From assembly GCA_003971905.1 (NCBI GenBank), contig RSEE01000008.1:806001-870000 (forward strand): a DNA stretch of 64,000 nucleotides, given 5' to 3'. Below are positions 1 to 10,600 of this stretch, one piece after another. How positions within the stretch are numbered: position 1 is the stretch's first letter; each line of letters starts with the position of its first letter. Under the pieces are notes generated by a model. The model was not told the DNA's origin. It saw nothing but the letters and a program-made list of their open reading frames with translations, and ran no database searches. The position numbers and the translations under genes were made by a program. This stretch comes from Moniliella sp. 'wahieum' (lineage: Eukaryota).

Positions 1-3000
1 GCCGACCCCGGATACGCGCGTACGTTTTCTCTCCTCCCCCCCATTCTCGCATGCAACTAACCCCCCCTTCTCTGTCCGCGCCCATGTCAAAAGTCACCGC
101 AGTACCCCCCGTCCATGTATGCGAATGTTCCTCCCGGCCAACAATTTGGCGCTTCTGACCCACCTGGCGTGCACCCCCCGGCTCCGAGCCGTACGATGCA
201 ACGCCGGTGAGTGAAGCTCCCTCGGTTTCTGTTCCTGGTTCTACTGGTTTCCCATCTGCGTCCAACTCTCCCCCTTCGCTGCGGGGTGCGGTTGCCACGC
301 CTGTCGAACGTCCTTCCATCCCTGCCCCGCACCGCCTCAACTCCCAAACTGGAGTTGGCTCTGACGCCTTCTTCCCATCTGTGTCCGATCCTAACGATGT
401 CCCGCCCGATCCGGCGGGCGCGAACGAGGAAGAGAATACGAGAATGGCGTGCCCTTGGACCTCGCCGCTTTAAAAGCCTATCCGGCGCCCGCGAATGAAC
501 ACACTGCCCCACCGCCCCCTTAGCGCTGGTGGGGTCAGTGGCGGTGCGCCGGTCCTGTCTTCCCCCCACAGCGTTGCCCCTCTTTCCGCTCCCTTAGGTC
601 CCGGGACTCAAACCGGAACCGGGACTGGGAGCGGTGCCCACTTGGCCCCCACAACAGGCCATTTTAGTGCCTCCTCCTCCTCCATCCCTACCCCCTCTCT
701 CTTCTTTCCCACCAACAACTGCAACACCTCTCTCCCGAACAACAACAGTATTTCGCACAACAACAACAGTTTGCGTCCCCTTCCCCAGGCTCGGTCCATC
801 AACTCTATCCTGGCCCCCCTGGCTCCGGCTTGCAGCAATCCCGGGGTAGCTACTACGACGAGTCATATGCGCCGTATGAGCAGCCAGGCTTCCCGTCGCC
901 GTATAGCGGGGCTGCAGCTTCTACCTTTTCGGCTTCCGTCAGCGGTGCAGGCGGCCGAGCGAGCAGCCTGACCAACCCGGCCTATCTGCCTCACCAGAAC
1001 AATTATCAACCGGGAACGTTCCAGAACAGCTCGAGCTACCAGCAGGCGCTACAGGGCATCACTTCGAACGAAGAAGGTGGCGATCCACCTGCCACTGGTC
1101 GCCCTGGACCGTCGAAAAAGCCATCGGGCCTTTTGGGACGAATGAGCAAACTTTTCCGTCCTGATAATGTTCCTTCTCTTCTCCCCGGTGCGGGAGGCAG
1201 GCGTGCTTCTCGTGAGGAACCCCAGGAAGAGGACAGTTCCGGGGACGAAAGCGCTCGTTTGCCTGAACCTACCGGCGACGGTTGGCACACTCGCACTGCT
1301 GGTAACCTTCGTTCGATTAAGGGCGAGAGTTCCCGTTCCTTTTTGGCTCGGGCTACTGGCCGAGGAGGTGGTGGCTCCTCCTCAGACGAGGACGAGGGGG
1401 AGGTGACCGAGAGACATGTCAATGGCCATTTCGCCTCGGACGCCGCGTCGACGCGGACGGGCAAACGTTCTCTGCTAAGCCGCATGGCTGGCAAGCCGGC
1501 CGCTGCTACCGAGGAGGTCTCGATATCTAACCGGAGCACACGCGACGAAGACGCGGAAGTGCAACGGCGGGTGCACGAGTCGGTGGTAGGTGCTGGGATT
1601 GGGCGACAACCTGTTCCGCCTGCCCAGAAAGAGCAGGCAGACGGTAGGTTGGTTCGCTCTGTCTCCAATCCCACCGGTGCCACCCCCCGGTCAAACGCAA
1701 GGTGACCAAGAAGGTCAAACGTCCTGCTCGCCCTAGTTCGCGCGCCACGTCGGAACCAGGTAGTGGTGCTGGCGCCAAGCCCGCCGGGGCTGCCACCACC
1801 ACCACTGTGAAACGTTCGACCAGTGTGGCGACCAAGCCACGCACTGTGACCGTAACCGGCGATGCTAGCACAGGGACCCGCCACTCGCGCATCTCTTCCG
1901 CCGGGCATGGATCCGCGGCCGGTAAGCATTCGTCTGTTACCCCGTTGTTGCCGCCAGGGAAGTATGCCATCTCGAACTGGGTGGCCAACTCCAAGGATGT
2001 CCCGTCGGCAGCCAAGGCAGCACAGCATAATCCCCGCACGCGTATTCTCTTCGGGCCATGTCACCTCCCTCTCGGGCCGACAGGTGGAAGGTTTCCCCAA
2101 GGCCCCACCAGAAGAGGTAGTGGATCGGGACAAGACGCCTCGGCCACGTGTGGTTTCAAGCTCAGGTATTTCCCCCGGTAGTCGGCCCACTTCCCGCGGC
2201 AATCGGGGTACCAGCACCACACCCACAGCGATCGAGCCCACCTCGGTTGGACCCGAACCACCCTTGGTCGTGTCGGCGCCGCCTAGGGCACGCGACTTGT
2301 TGAACGCACCCAGTTACCAAGGCCCCAGGGCAAGTAACTACGTATCCCCCACGGCTGCGGGGGTTCATGCGCTGCGCACAGGGGCGGATGTCAACCCTGC
2401 AGGTCAACCCAATTACTTGACCCACTACGATCCGCCCGTCGAGGAAGCGCGTCGGGGGTACGGCGACCCCAACTGCCCCTGGTCGCACACGAACCGCATC
2501 CGGAACCAAAAAGGTTACCAAGCGGTCTACCCCTGCCGCGGGTGTTTCGCCGCCCGCAGGCGGTGCATCCAAGCCCAAGGGCAATAGTCTCAGTGCGCCC
2601 TCGACGCCGTTGCCCCCCACGCCGTTGGGGTAAACGCACGTGTCCTTAAGTGCCAAACCGACTACGTGGGCAAACATGTACCTGCCTCGCATGATGCCCG
2701 TCCGCTGTCGCCAGCACTCAAGTCGCCTGTTGGAGACGGCCGCGCGTCGCCAGCGGTGGCGGCGGGCGTGGCTCGACGCAAATCGGTCCGCATGGCGCCC
2801 GACACCAAGTTTACCGAGCACGCGCGCCCCGTCAGTCGTACCGCCCACGCCGTCGGTGGGGCAGGCAAAAAGAAAAAAGTGGTTCGTACCCCACCAGCAC
2901 CCATCCCAGCCCCCGTGGTTACCATCCCCTTCCAAGTGACCGCACCGGGCTCCTCCATCGTTCGTCCGGACCAGGAGGGACCGGCCCCGATCCCGTTGGC

Positions 3001-3452
3001 TCCGAGCTTGCATCGCGCTCCCTCTCGTACTGCCGCAACGTCGACGAAGGCCCACCGTGCCCCTCGTACCGGTCGTCCAGCTTCGGCCCCGGCACCTGCC
3101 CCTGTCGTGGCAAGCGGGTTCGTTCCCCGAGCACCAGGTTCGAGCTTGGGTGGCACCGGGTTTGTTCCTTCGGCGCCAGGGACCGGTCGCTGCACCTGTA
3201 CGACGTGCCTCTACGTCCCACTCTTCTTCCTTGACCGCTCCCTTGTCAGCGGGGGCGGCGTCCGGCCCGGCAGGGAGACAGGCGCGGCCCAGTTCAGCTG
3301 GTTGGACCACCCGGATTGGTGCGCTTGCTGATTCTTCGGACGAGGAAGGGCCGGGGGCAGGGGAGGGAGAAGTAGAGTATGCCCAAGCTCGCCGTGCTTT
3401 CTCGTCGGCTTCACGCCACTTGGGCGTCGCAACTCACGCCTCGCGAACGTAA
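1..3452 (+). CDS. Partial (5'-truncated) long Ser/Pro/Ala-rich low-complexity hypothetical protein, broken by several frameshifts
   Basis: Chained + strand ORFs 207-473, 495-971, 830-1705, 1702-2181, 1862-2587, 2666-3331 and 3057-3452. A probable intron lies at ~20-93 (GTACGT...ACTAAC...AG). The C-terminus reads RRKSVRMAPDTKF...WTTRIGALADSSDEE...EYAQARRAF, followed by a pyrimidine-rich 3' region. No recognisable domain. Confidence 0.55.
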
Positions 3453-4902
3453 TCGGCGTACTCCGCTTCCTTTTCCTTCTCCTCCTCCTCTCTTAGGACG
3501 TATCCTTCTCCTTATCCTGAGGATTGGGTGCACCAACGTGAAGCGGGACCTGGGAAGTGGGAACGATCCTTGCGGGATCTCTTGCTCCTGCGCTCTCCCT
3601 TTGCTCTCCCTCCTGCTCACGATCCCCGCTCTCGATCTCGCTCCTCTCTCTTGCTCCTACCTCCGTCCGCTTCCCCTCTCATGGTCCGGCTTCCGTCCCC
3701 GTCCCCGTCCTCGCTCTCGCTCCTGTCCCCCTGCCCCCTTCCTAAGCGCTTGTCTTTTGGTCTTTCGTTGATCCCTGTTTCTCTCCTCCGCTCCCCCACT
3801 TCTCACACTCGTTTCACCTGCTCTCCTTCTGTTACACCTAACTCATCTATCCTACCTGGCCTTCGTACCCCCCTCACTCTCTTTTGGTCTGCTTACCGGT
3901 TTTGCTTCATAACCCTTAGTTTTGGCACCCCCTCCTTTGGAGTTGTAGATGACGCACTAGACTCTTTGAGTGGAGTATGAATTGCTCCCACACTTCCTCA
4001 TCGTCTTCGTACCTCGTCCTCCGAACATTTTTTCGACGCCATCTCCTCGCCTCCTTTTCCTGCTAGATATCTTCTTGGACCTTGCTCCTTCCTTGTCCCC
4101 CTTTGTTTGTCTTTTCCTCCCTCTTGAACGCGCTCTTCGCTTTAAAAACTTCAAGGGCCTCAGCCCCGGCCCAGCCTCAACTCAATCGCCATATAAGGGG
4201 GCTCATCGACATCCCGCCACTGGCTGGTGGAACCTGCCGTCGCAGTGCTCTGGCTCAACGCGCGACTGGCGGGATTGGCGTGGCCCGTGGCCCGTGACCG
4301 GTGGCCAGCTTCAAGGTCCACCACATATCGACCATCGTTCTTGCCGTCGGATACCATCCGTGCTCTTCGGTCAACTCGGTCATGTTAATGCGTATCGAGG
4401 AGACCGGAGACCTCATCTGTGCAGTCCCGCCTTTCGCCCCCCTACTCGCATCTCGATTGATGAATGTGGAACAGCAACTAATAAGCGTGTGGGCACAAGG
4501 GCTACTAAGGTACAAAAGCAAGAAGCAACATTTTCGCACAGCAGCGTTCAAGTGAACAGTGAAGTGAACATTGCAATGCGCTGAGGAAACGATAGGCATT
4601 GCAACATTCAAGTGTGACTGCTGCGCTGCTCCCGCCGGCTGCCGCGCTGGTCCGTCGGCTGCCGCTGGCGGCCGCGATTAATTTTTGCCAGGAAATCAAA
4701 CTGCAACACTTGCGGTCAGCCTCCCTGGCACTCCAATGAGACCTACTGGCCTAACAATCGCCCACACCCACACCGCGCCAACGGGGACTTGACCCATTTA
4801 TACCTCTCTTGCATCCCGTTTCCATCACTCGTCCCGCCTCCCACCCGTGCTCCCTCCTCGCCAGCACCCCCTTTCTCGTTTCTCTTTCTGTCCGTCGTCC
4901 AT

Positions 4903-5812
4903 ATGGTCGCCGCCGCTCCCGCCAAGAAGCTCCGTGTGCTCTGCCTCCACGGCTACACCTCCAATGCCCTCATCTACCAGAAGCGGTGCGGTGGTTCGCT
5001 CCGCAAGAGCCTCAAGTGTATGTTCCTTTGCACCCACATCCGCATTGGGAGCACCATGGGATGGTGTACTGCGTACTGACCCCACTTTCTCTGTAGCGGT
5101 TGCCGACATGTACTTTATGAATGCGCCGCACATTGTGCAGCCCATCGGTGCGCTGCAGGAGTCCGAGGCAGAGCCCCCGGCGGTGGTGGACGAATCAACA
5201 CCGTTGGAAGAGCAACCACGTGGGTGGTGGTACTTTGACGACAACGAAGGTGCCAAGACGGAAGGAACCCGCATCATTGCCGGGTGGGACAAGACGGTGG
5301 CCTACCTCAGCCAACAGCTCACTGAGCACGGTCCCTTTGATGCGATCCTCGGCTTTAGCCAGGGCGGCTGCCTTGCCGCCGCTCTCACGTCGGCATTTGA
5401 AGACCCCACCCGCTGGCCGGGCCTGCACTTGCACCCCGACCAAAAACCCGCCAAGTTCACCGTCATTATTTCGGGGTTCAAGAATGGGGAGGAGCAGTTT
5501 GAGGCGCTGTACAAGCAAAAGGTAAAGACACCGCTTTTGCTCGTTGTGGGCAAGGAAGACCCCATCGTCGCACGTTCGACATCCATGTCCCTGATGGACT
5601 ATAGTGAGGACGTTCGGCTGGAGGAGCACCCGGGCGGTCATGCCACCCCGACCCAGGGCCCTTGGCGTAACTTCTTCAAGGACGTGTTCGCTGCCTTTGC
5701 CCGCCCGGACGGTCCTGGCGACTGGCATGCCATCCCAGGGCCAAACGAACGCGCACCGGGCCCTGCTGCTCCTAGCAAACCTGCCAGTGCAGCGTCCACG
5801 CCCAAAGCCTAA
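4903..5812 (+). CDS. FSH1/OVCA2-family serine hydrolase
   Basis: Starts MVAAAPAKKLRVLCLHGYTSNA. Intron 5018-5096 (GTATGT...TAG). Nucleophile motif GPFDAILGFSQGG, with GKEDPIV (Asp) and HPGGH (His) completing the triad. Confidence 0.9.
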
Positions 5813-6326
5813 TGCCGAGCAGGCTGACCCGGAAATCAGTATAAACGACTTGATGCAATGATGCGGGGCTGTGAGGAACTGATGAAAAAGGCTTGTGGGG
5901 ATGCCATTATAGAACCGGCGGTCGGAACAACTGTGTCCGCACGGTGTAGCGTAGAGGTGGGTAGGTAGGGTACGAGGTGTGCCAAGTGGGATCGACTGTG
6001 TTGAAGAAGGAAACGCGGCTGGCAGATAGAGGCCGGGCGCAGTGTAGCCTGGCTGTGTTGGGGCCAAGGAACCCTTTTACCGGGGGATGATCGATGACCG
6101 ATGGCCATGTAACGTGAACGGGTGAGCGCTCACGGTGAGCAGCGAACGTTGAAGTTGAACGTTCAAGTTGAACATTGAACATTGCCGTGGGGCGAAGGTT
6201 GCAAACCAAGGGGAAGGGTCTGCACACAGTAGGGTTCGAAACAGAAACCCACCGCAGCCGCCTCCCGTCTGTCCAGTGTAGCGCCTGGAAAACCCCAAGG
6301 GGAGCACTAGGCCAGCGCAAAGTTCC

Positions 6327-6335
6327 AACCCTAGC
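6327..6335 (+). promoter_or_regulatory. Telobox-like AACCCTAGC element upstream of RPL2
   Basis: The same 9-mer also occurs at 25264 (upstream of TEF1), 39951 (SLY1/RhoGAP divergent promoter) and 48755-48763 (reverse orientation, FOL2/hypothetical divergent promoter). Confidence 0.45.
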
Positions 6336-6433
6336 GCCATCCTGTCTCCCGCTTGCCCCCCGCCAGTGTGCTGGGCCGGGCGAGGAGATGGAAGGCGGCT
6401 GCTGCTTGCTCTCCCCCTCCAGCCACACCTTCT

Positions 6434-6494
6434 GTGAGTCGCTTGCCCTGGCGCTGTGCTGCTTGTCGTCCCGCCCCTACTAATCCCCGGACAG
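6434..6494 (+). other. Probable 5'-UTR spliceosomal intron of RPL2
   Basis: GTGAGT donor at 6434, TACTAAT branch site and CAG acceptor at 6492-6494, 6 nt before the ATG at 6501. Confidence 0.65.
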
Positions 6495-6500
6495 ACTACA

Positions 6501-7100
6501 ATGGGTCGTGTTATTCGCTCCCAGCGCAAGTCGGGTGGCATCTTCAAGTCGCACTCGTCCCACCGCACCGCGCCGGCCAAGCTGCGCACGGTCGACTTTG
6601 CCGAGCGCAACGGCTACATTCGTGGTGTGTGCGCGAGATTGTGCACGATGCCGGCCGCGGCGCTCCGTTGGCCAAGGTGACCTTCCGTGACCCGTACCGC
6701 TACAAGCTGCGTACCGAGCACTTTATTGCCACCGAGGGCATGTCCACCGGCCAGTTTGTCTACTGCGGCAAGCGCGCCGCATTGGCCGTGGGCAATGTGC
6801 TGCCCCTGTCGGCGCTGCCCGAGGGTACGATTGTGTGCAATGGAGGAGAAGGCTGGGGACCGCGGCACGCTTGCCCGTGCTTCGGGCAACTACGCCACCC
6901 TCATTGGCACGATGCCGACGGCAAGACGTCGCGTCGTATCCGTCTGCCTTCTGGCGCCAAGAAGATTGTGTCGTCGGCGTCGCGCGCGACGGTGGGCATC
7001 GTGGCCGGTGGTGGCCGCATTGACAAGCCGCTGCTCAAGGCCGGCCGTGCGTTCCACAAGTACCGCGTCAAGCGCAACTCGTGGCCGCGTACTCGTTGGT

Positions 7101-7132
<32 letters not shown>

Positions 7133-7261
7133 TGGTGGTAACCACCAGCACATTGGTCACGCTTCGACCATCTCCCGCTGGGCCCCGGCTGGTCAGAAGG
7201 CTGGTCTGATCGCTGCCGCCGCACGGGTCTGATCCGCGGTACGCTCAAGAAGGGCGACTAA
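6501..7261 (+). CDS. RPL2: 60S ribosomal protein uL2 (L2/L8)
   Basis: [10 protein letters not shown]...; [60 protein letters not shown]. Split over frames by single-base indels. Stop TAA at 7259-7261. Confidence 0.97.
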
Positions 7262-7691
7262 GCACATGGCGATGGTGATGACGTGCCTACGCGGCCGCTC
7301 GATCGCATCCTACCCTCCATGCCGCTGCCGCTGCAGTTGGCTGTCTCTATGCTGTAAACTTCCATTGCTCGTTGTGGGCATCAATGGATTCCCTGTCCTT
7401 CCAGGACGCCCCCTCTTCGTTGCTTTGATTTGTATATAGTTGAAGGTCCCAACTAGCCAGCAGCCTGTGCCGTGCCTCCTGCCTACCAACCTGGCATCAT
7501 GCTTTCCACCAGCATCACATGTGCTTCCACCACATCTCTGCAGCTTATTCGCACCCCCCTTCATATTGATGTCTGTTGATCAACTATCCGTCGAGCAGCT
7601 TGCTGGCAGGCATACAAGAATTACATTTCCTCCTCTTTTTTTTATATTAACCCCTTGTGGCCGTCGCTTGCACACCACTCACAACCTAGAA

Positions 7692-10600
7692 TTAGTAGCT
7701 GCCAACAAACCGTCAGTACCAAGTCATCGCCACTTTTCCCAGAAAGCACATACAGTCGCGCTGCGATCCCCAAGGCCCCGAGTTCCTGGAACAGAAGTTT
7801 GGCCGCGTAGGGATGTAAACTTGCGACACCTCAGTCCGGTTTTTGCACGACCGGCACTCAAACGTTTCCCTTCTTGAGGTTGGCAATCGCCGTCAGGCCA
7901 CAAATGTCGCACACGTGCAGACGGTAGGCATCCGACGCATCAAACATACGTTCCTTGAGGAACGACGCAATGCCATGCGAAATCATACAGTCCCGCTCCA
8001 TCTCTCCGAATCGAAGACCACCTCCGCGCCACGACCCTCAACCGGCTGACGGGTTAGGATTTGTACAGGCCCACGCGCACGCGAATGGATCTTGTCATCC
8101 ACCATGTGCTTGAGGCGCTGGTAGTACGTCGGGCCCAGGTAGACTTGCGCCTGCAGTTTGCGGCCGGTGTGGCCATTGTACATCACCTCCAGCCCACGTT
8201 TGTGGAAACCAAGCTCACTCAGGAGCGCCGATACGGCCTCGACGTCAGCTCGGTAACGGCGTAGCATCGCCCTCATTCCCCGACAGCGTGGCTACCTTGG
8301 ACAAGAGGCATTCCACCAAGTGTCCAATGGTCATACGCGACGGAATGGCGTGCGGGTTGATGATAATGTCGGGCGTGATGCCATCAGCGCTAAAGGGCAT
8401 GTCCTCTTGCCGGTAAGTAATCCCAATCGTACCTTTCTGACCGTGGCGCGAAGCAAACTTGTCACCCGTCTGGGGCACACGAGTACTGCGCACGCGCACC
8501 TTGACAAACCGCTGGCTGTGGTCGTTGCTCCGTCAAAAGCACTTGGTCCACAATCCCATTCTCTGTACTCTTGAGCGGCGTCGACACGTCCCGTTTCGTA
8601 TGCGTCGACACACGCAGCCCAAGCTCCTCGCTGTCCGTCGGCAGCGGCGCCGTCTTGCCAATGATAATGTCACCCCCGAAACGCGAGTGCCGGGGGAAAT
8701 GAGACCGTCCGAGTCAATTTTGTCATACGTGCCATGCTTCATACGCAGTGTTGTCTCCCGCGTCGGCTTCTCAAACATCTCCAACTGGATCACGCCCATC
8801 TTCTTTTCCATGTCCGTGTAGCAGCGGTAGTAGAGCGAACGGAACAGACCACGGTCAATCGACGATTGATTCATAATCACCGAGTCTTCCTGGTTGTACC
8901 CCGAGTAGCACAAATCGCCACAATCGCGTTCTGGCCAGCTGGAAGCTCACGGAAACGAAGGTGCTCCATCGAACGCGTCGTAGCCAATGGCTTCTGGGGT
9001 AGTAGAGGATGTTGGCCATGGTGTCCATGCGCATCTGGTAGTTGGTCAGGTACACCCCCATAGCCTGCTTGCCCATGGCTGACTGGTACGTGTTACGCGG
9101 AGACTGGTTGTGGTCGGGGAAGGGGATGATACTGGCACAGATACCCAGAATCATGGCGGGATGGATCTCACAGTGCGTCCACGTTTTGGGCGCAAAGAAT
9201 TGCGTCGAGGTCAACCGAGCAGAAGGGTCCATGCCCTCCTCCGTTCCCTCGCCACCCCGACGAGCGTTGAAACCTTCGGGATCAGCGTTGTAATCGCGCG
9301 AGTTCTTCAGGTCCCAGGGGCCCATACAGATCAGCGCTGTCTCCTCCTCGTCGGCGTCCAGGTACTCGATCAGGCCATTCTCCACCATATCCTCCCACCG
9401 GAAGGCCTTCCCTCATCGTTCATCCCGTTGTTCAACCACTCAGCATGGTACCGCTTGACCCGTAGGACCGAGTCCTCGACAATAAACAACGGCCGTAACA
9501 CGCGCCCACCGTCCGTGTAGAGTCGCAGTTCTTTCTCACGAATGTCATGCACCATGCTCACCTCGTTCGAAATCTCGTTCCGGCGACGCATCATACGCAC
9601 GAAGTCCACCAGCATAGTCGCGCTCGTTGTGTGCCGAGCCAAACGCCATTGACAAATACCTTGGTAGCGCGATTATTGGCGACTTGCATGTCCTCGAGCG
9701 AAAGCAACGAGTACTCATGCAAGAATTGGACGATTGGGGACGATGCCGAACCGACCGAAATGGTCGACATGAGACTGAGGTTCTTGACCAGACCACAGGC
9801 TTGTCCCTCGGGCGTCTCGGCGGGGCAGTTGTGGCTAACGAGGCTGTTGGCAAAGAACGAATGGTTGGCCGACTCGGTAGTGAAGTCAAACACCGCCTCC
9901 GGCTCCACTTCCTCCACCGACTCGATCGGGCACCAGACAAACCCTTCGGCTTCAACCGCTCGCAAGCTCTGGAACTTCTCCCACGACATGAAGCTTGGTG
10001 TAGAAGACCCATGACCACTGCGCAGCAGGCGAGAGAACGCCCGTCCCATGATCGAACTGGAAACTGGCTCCGTCTCGATCCGAGCACGTTTCGCAAAGTG
10101 CGCTTGCGACTTGAGGTATTGAACGGGGAGCGCACTCCGCCGCGTCTTAGCTGCACAGTAGCGATAACCCACATGCTCGTGGAACGCAACCAAGTTGCCT
10201 GCCCTTTGTGTAAGGTGCACTTCTTCTCCCTGGGGGGCAGCTTTGACCCCGACATCGGAAAGGAGGACTGCGATTTGTCCAGCCAACTCCGTAACGAGAG
10301 GAGCCATGCAAGGCTTCCACGCCCGAGTAGAACACATGCGGATCGTGTCTCCTTTGGCACCAAAAATACCCGCAAGGAACTCGCGCTTGACGAGGACAGG
10401 GGCGTTGAGGAGCCAAGGAGGGAGGAGGGTGCCGGCACTTATAGCAACGAGGAAAGCCTCAGCCGCTGAGGGCAGCAGATCGGGGCTGCCCTCGATGGCG
10501 GGGAGACCGAGGGTACCAAGGTCCGAGTTGACCGCAGCAACATCAGCCGCATCGCTGAGCGCCAACCTCCGTCCCTGAACACCAGAACGAGCACCAAGCA

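Noticed and set aside
1036..3310. Long antisense ORFs (401 and 382 aa) and many similar overlapping ORFs elsewhere
   Set aside because: These are shadow ORFs expected in GC-rich coding DNA, with no recognisable domains.
7990..8470. Additional inteins at other conserved RPB2 motifs (GQKGT and GEMERD|C regions)
   Set aside because: These motifs are contiguous here, with no insertion.
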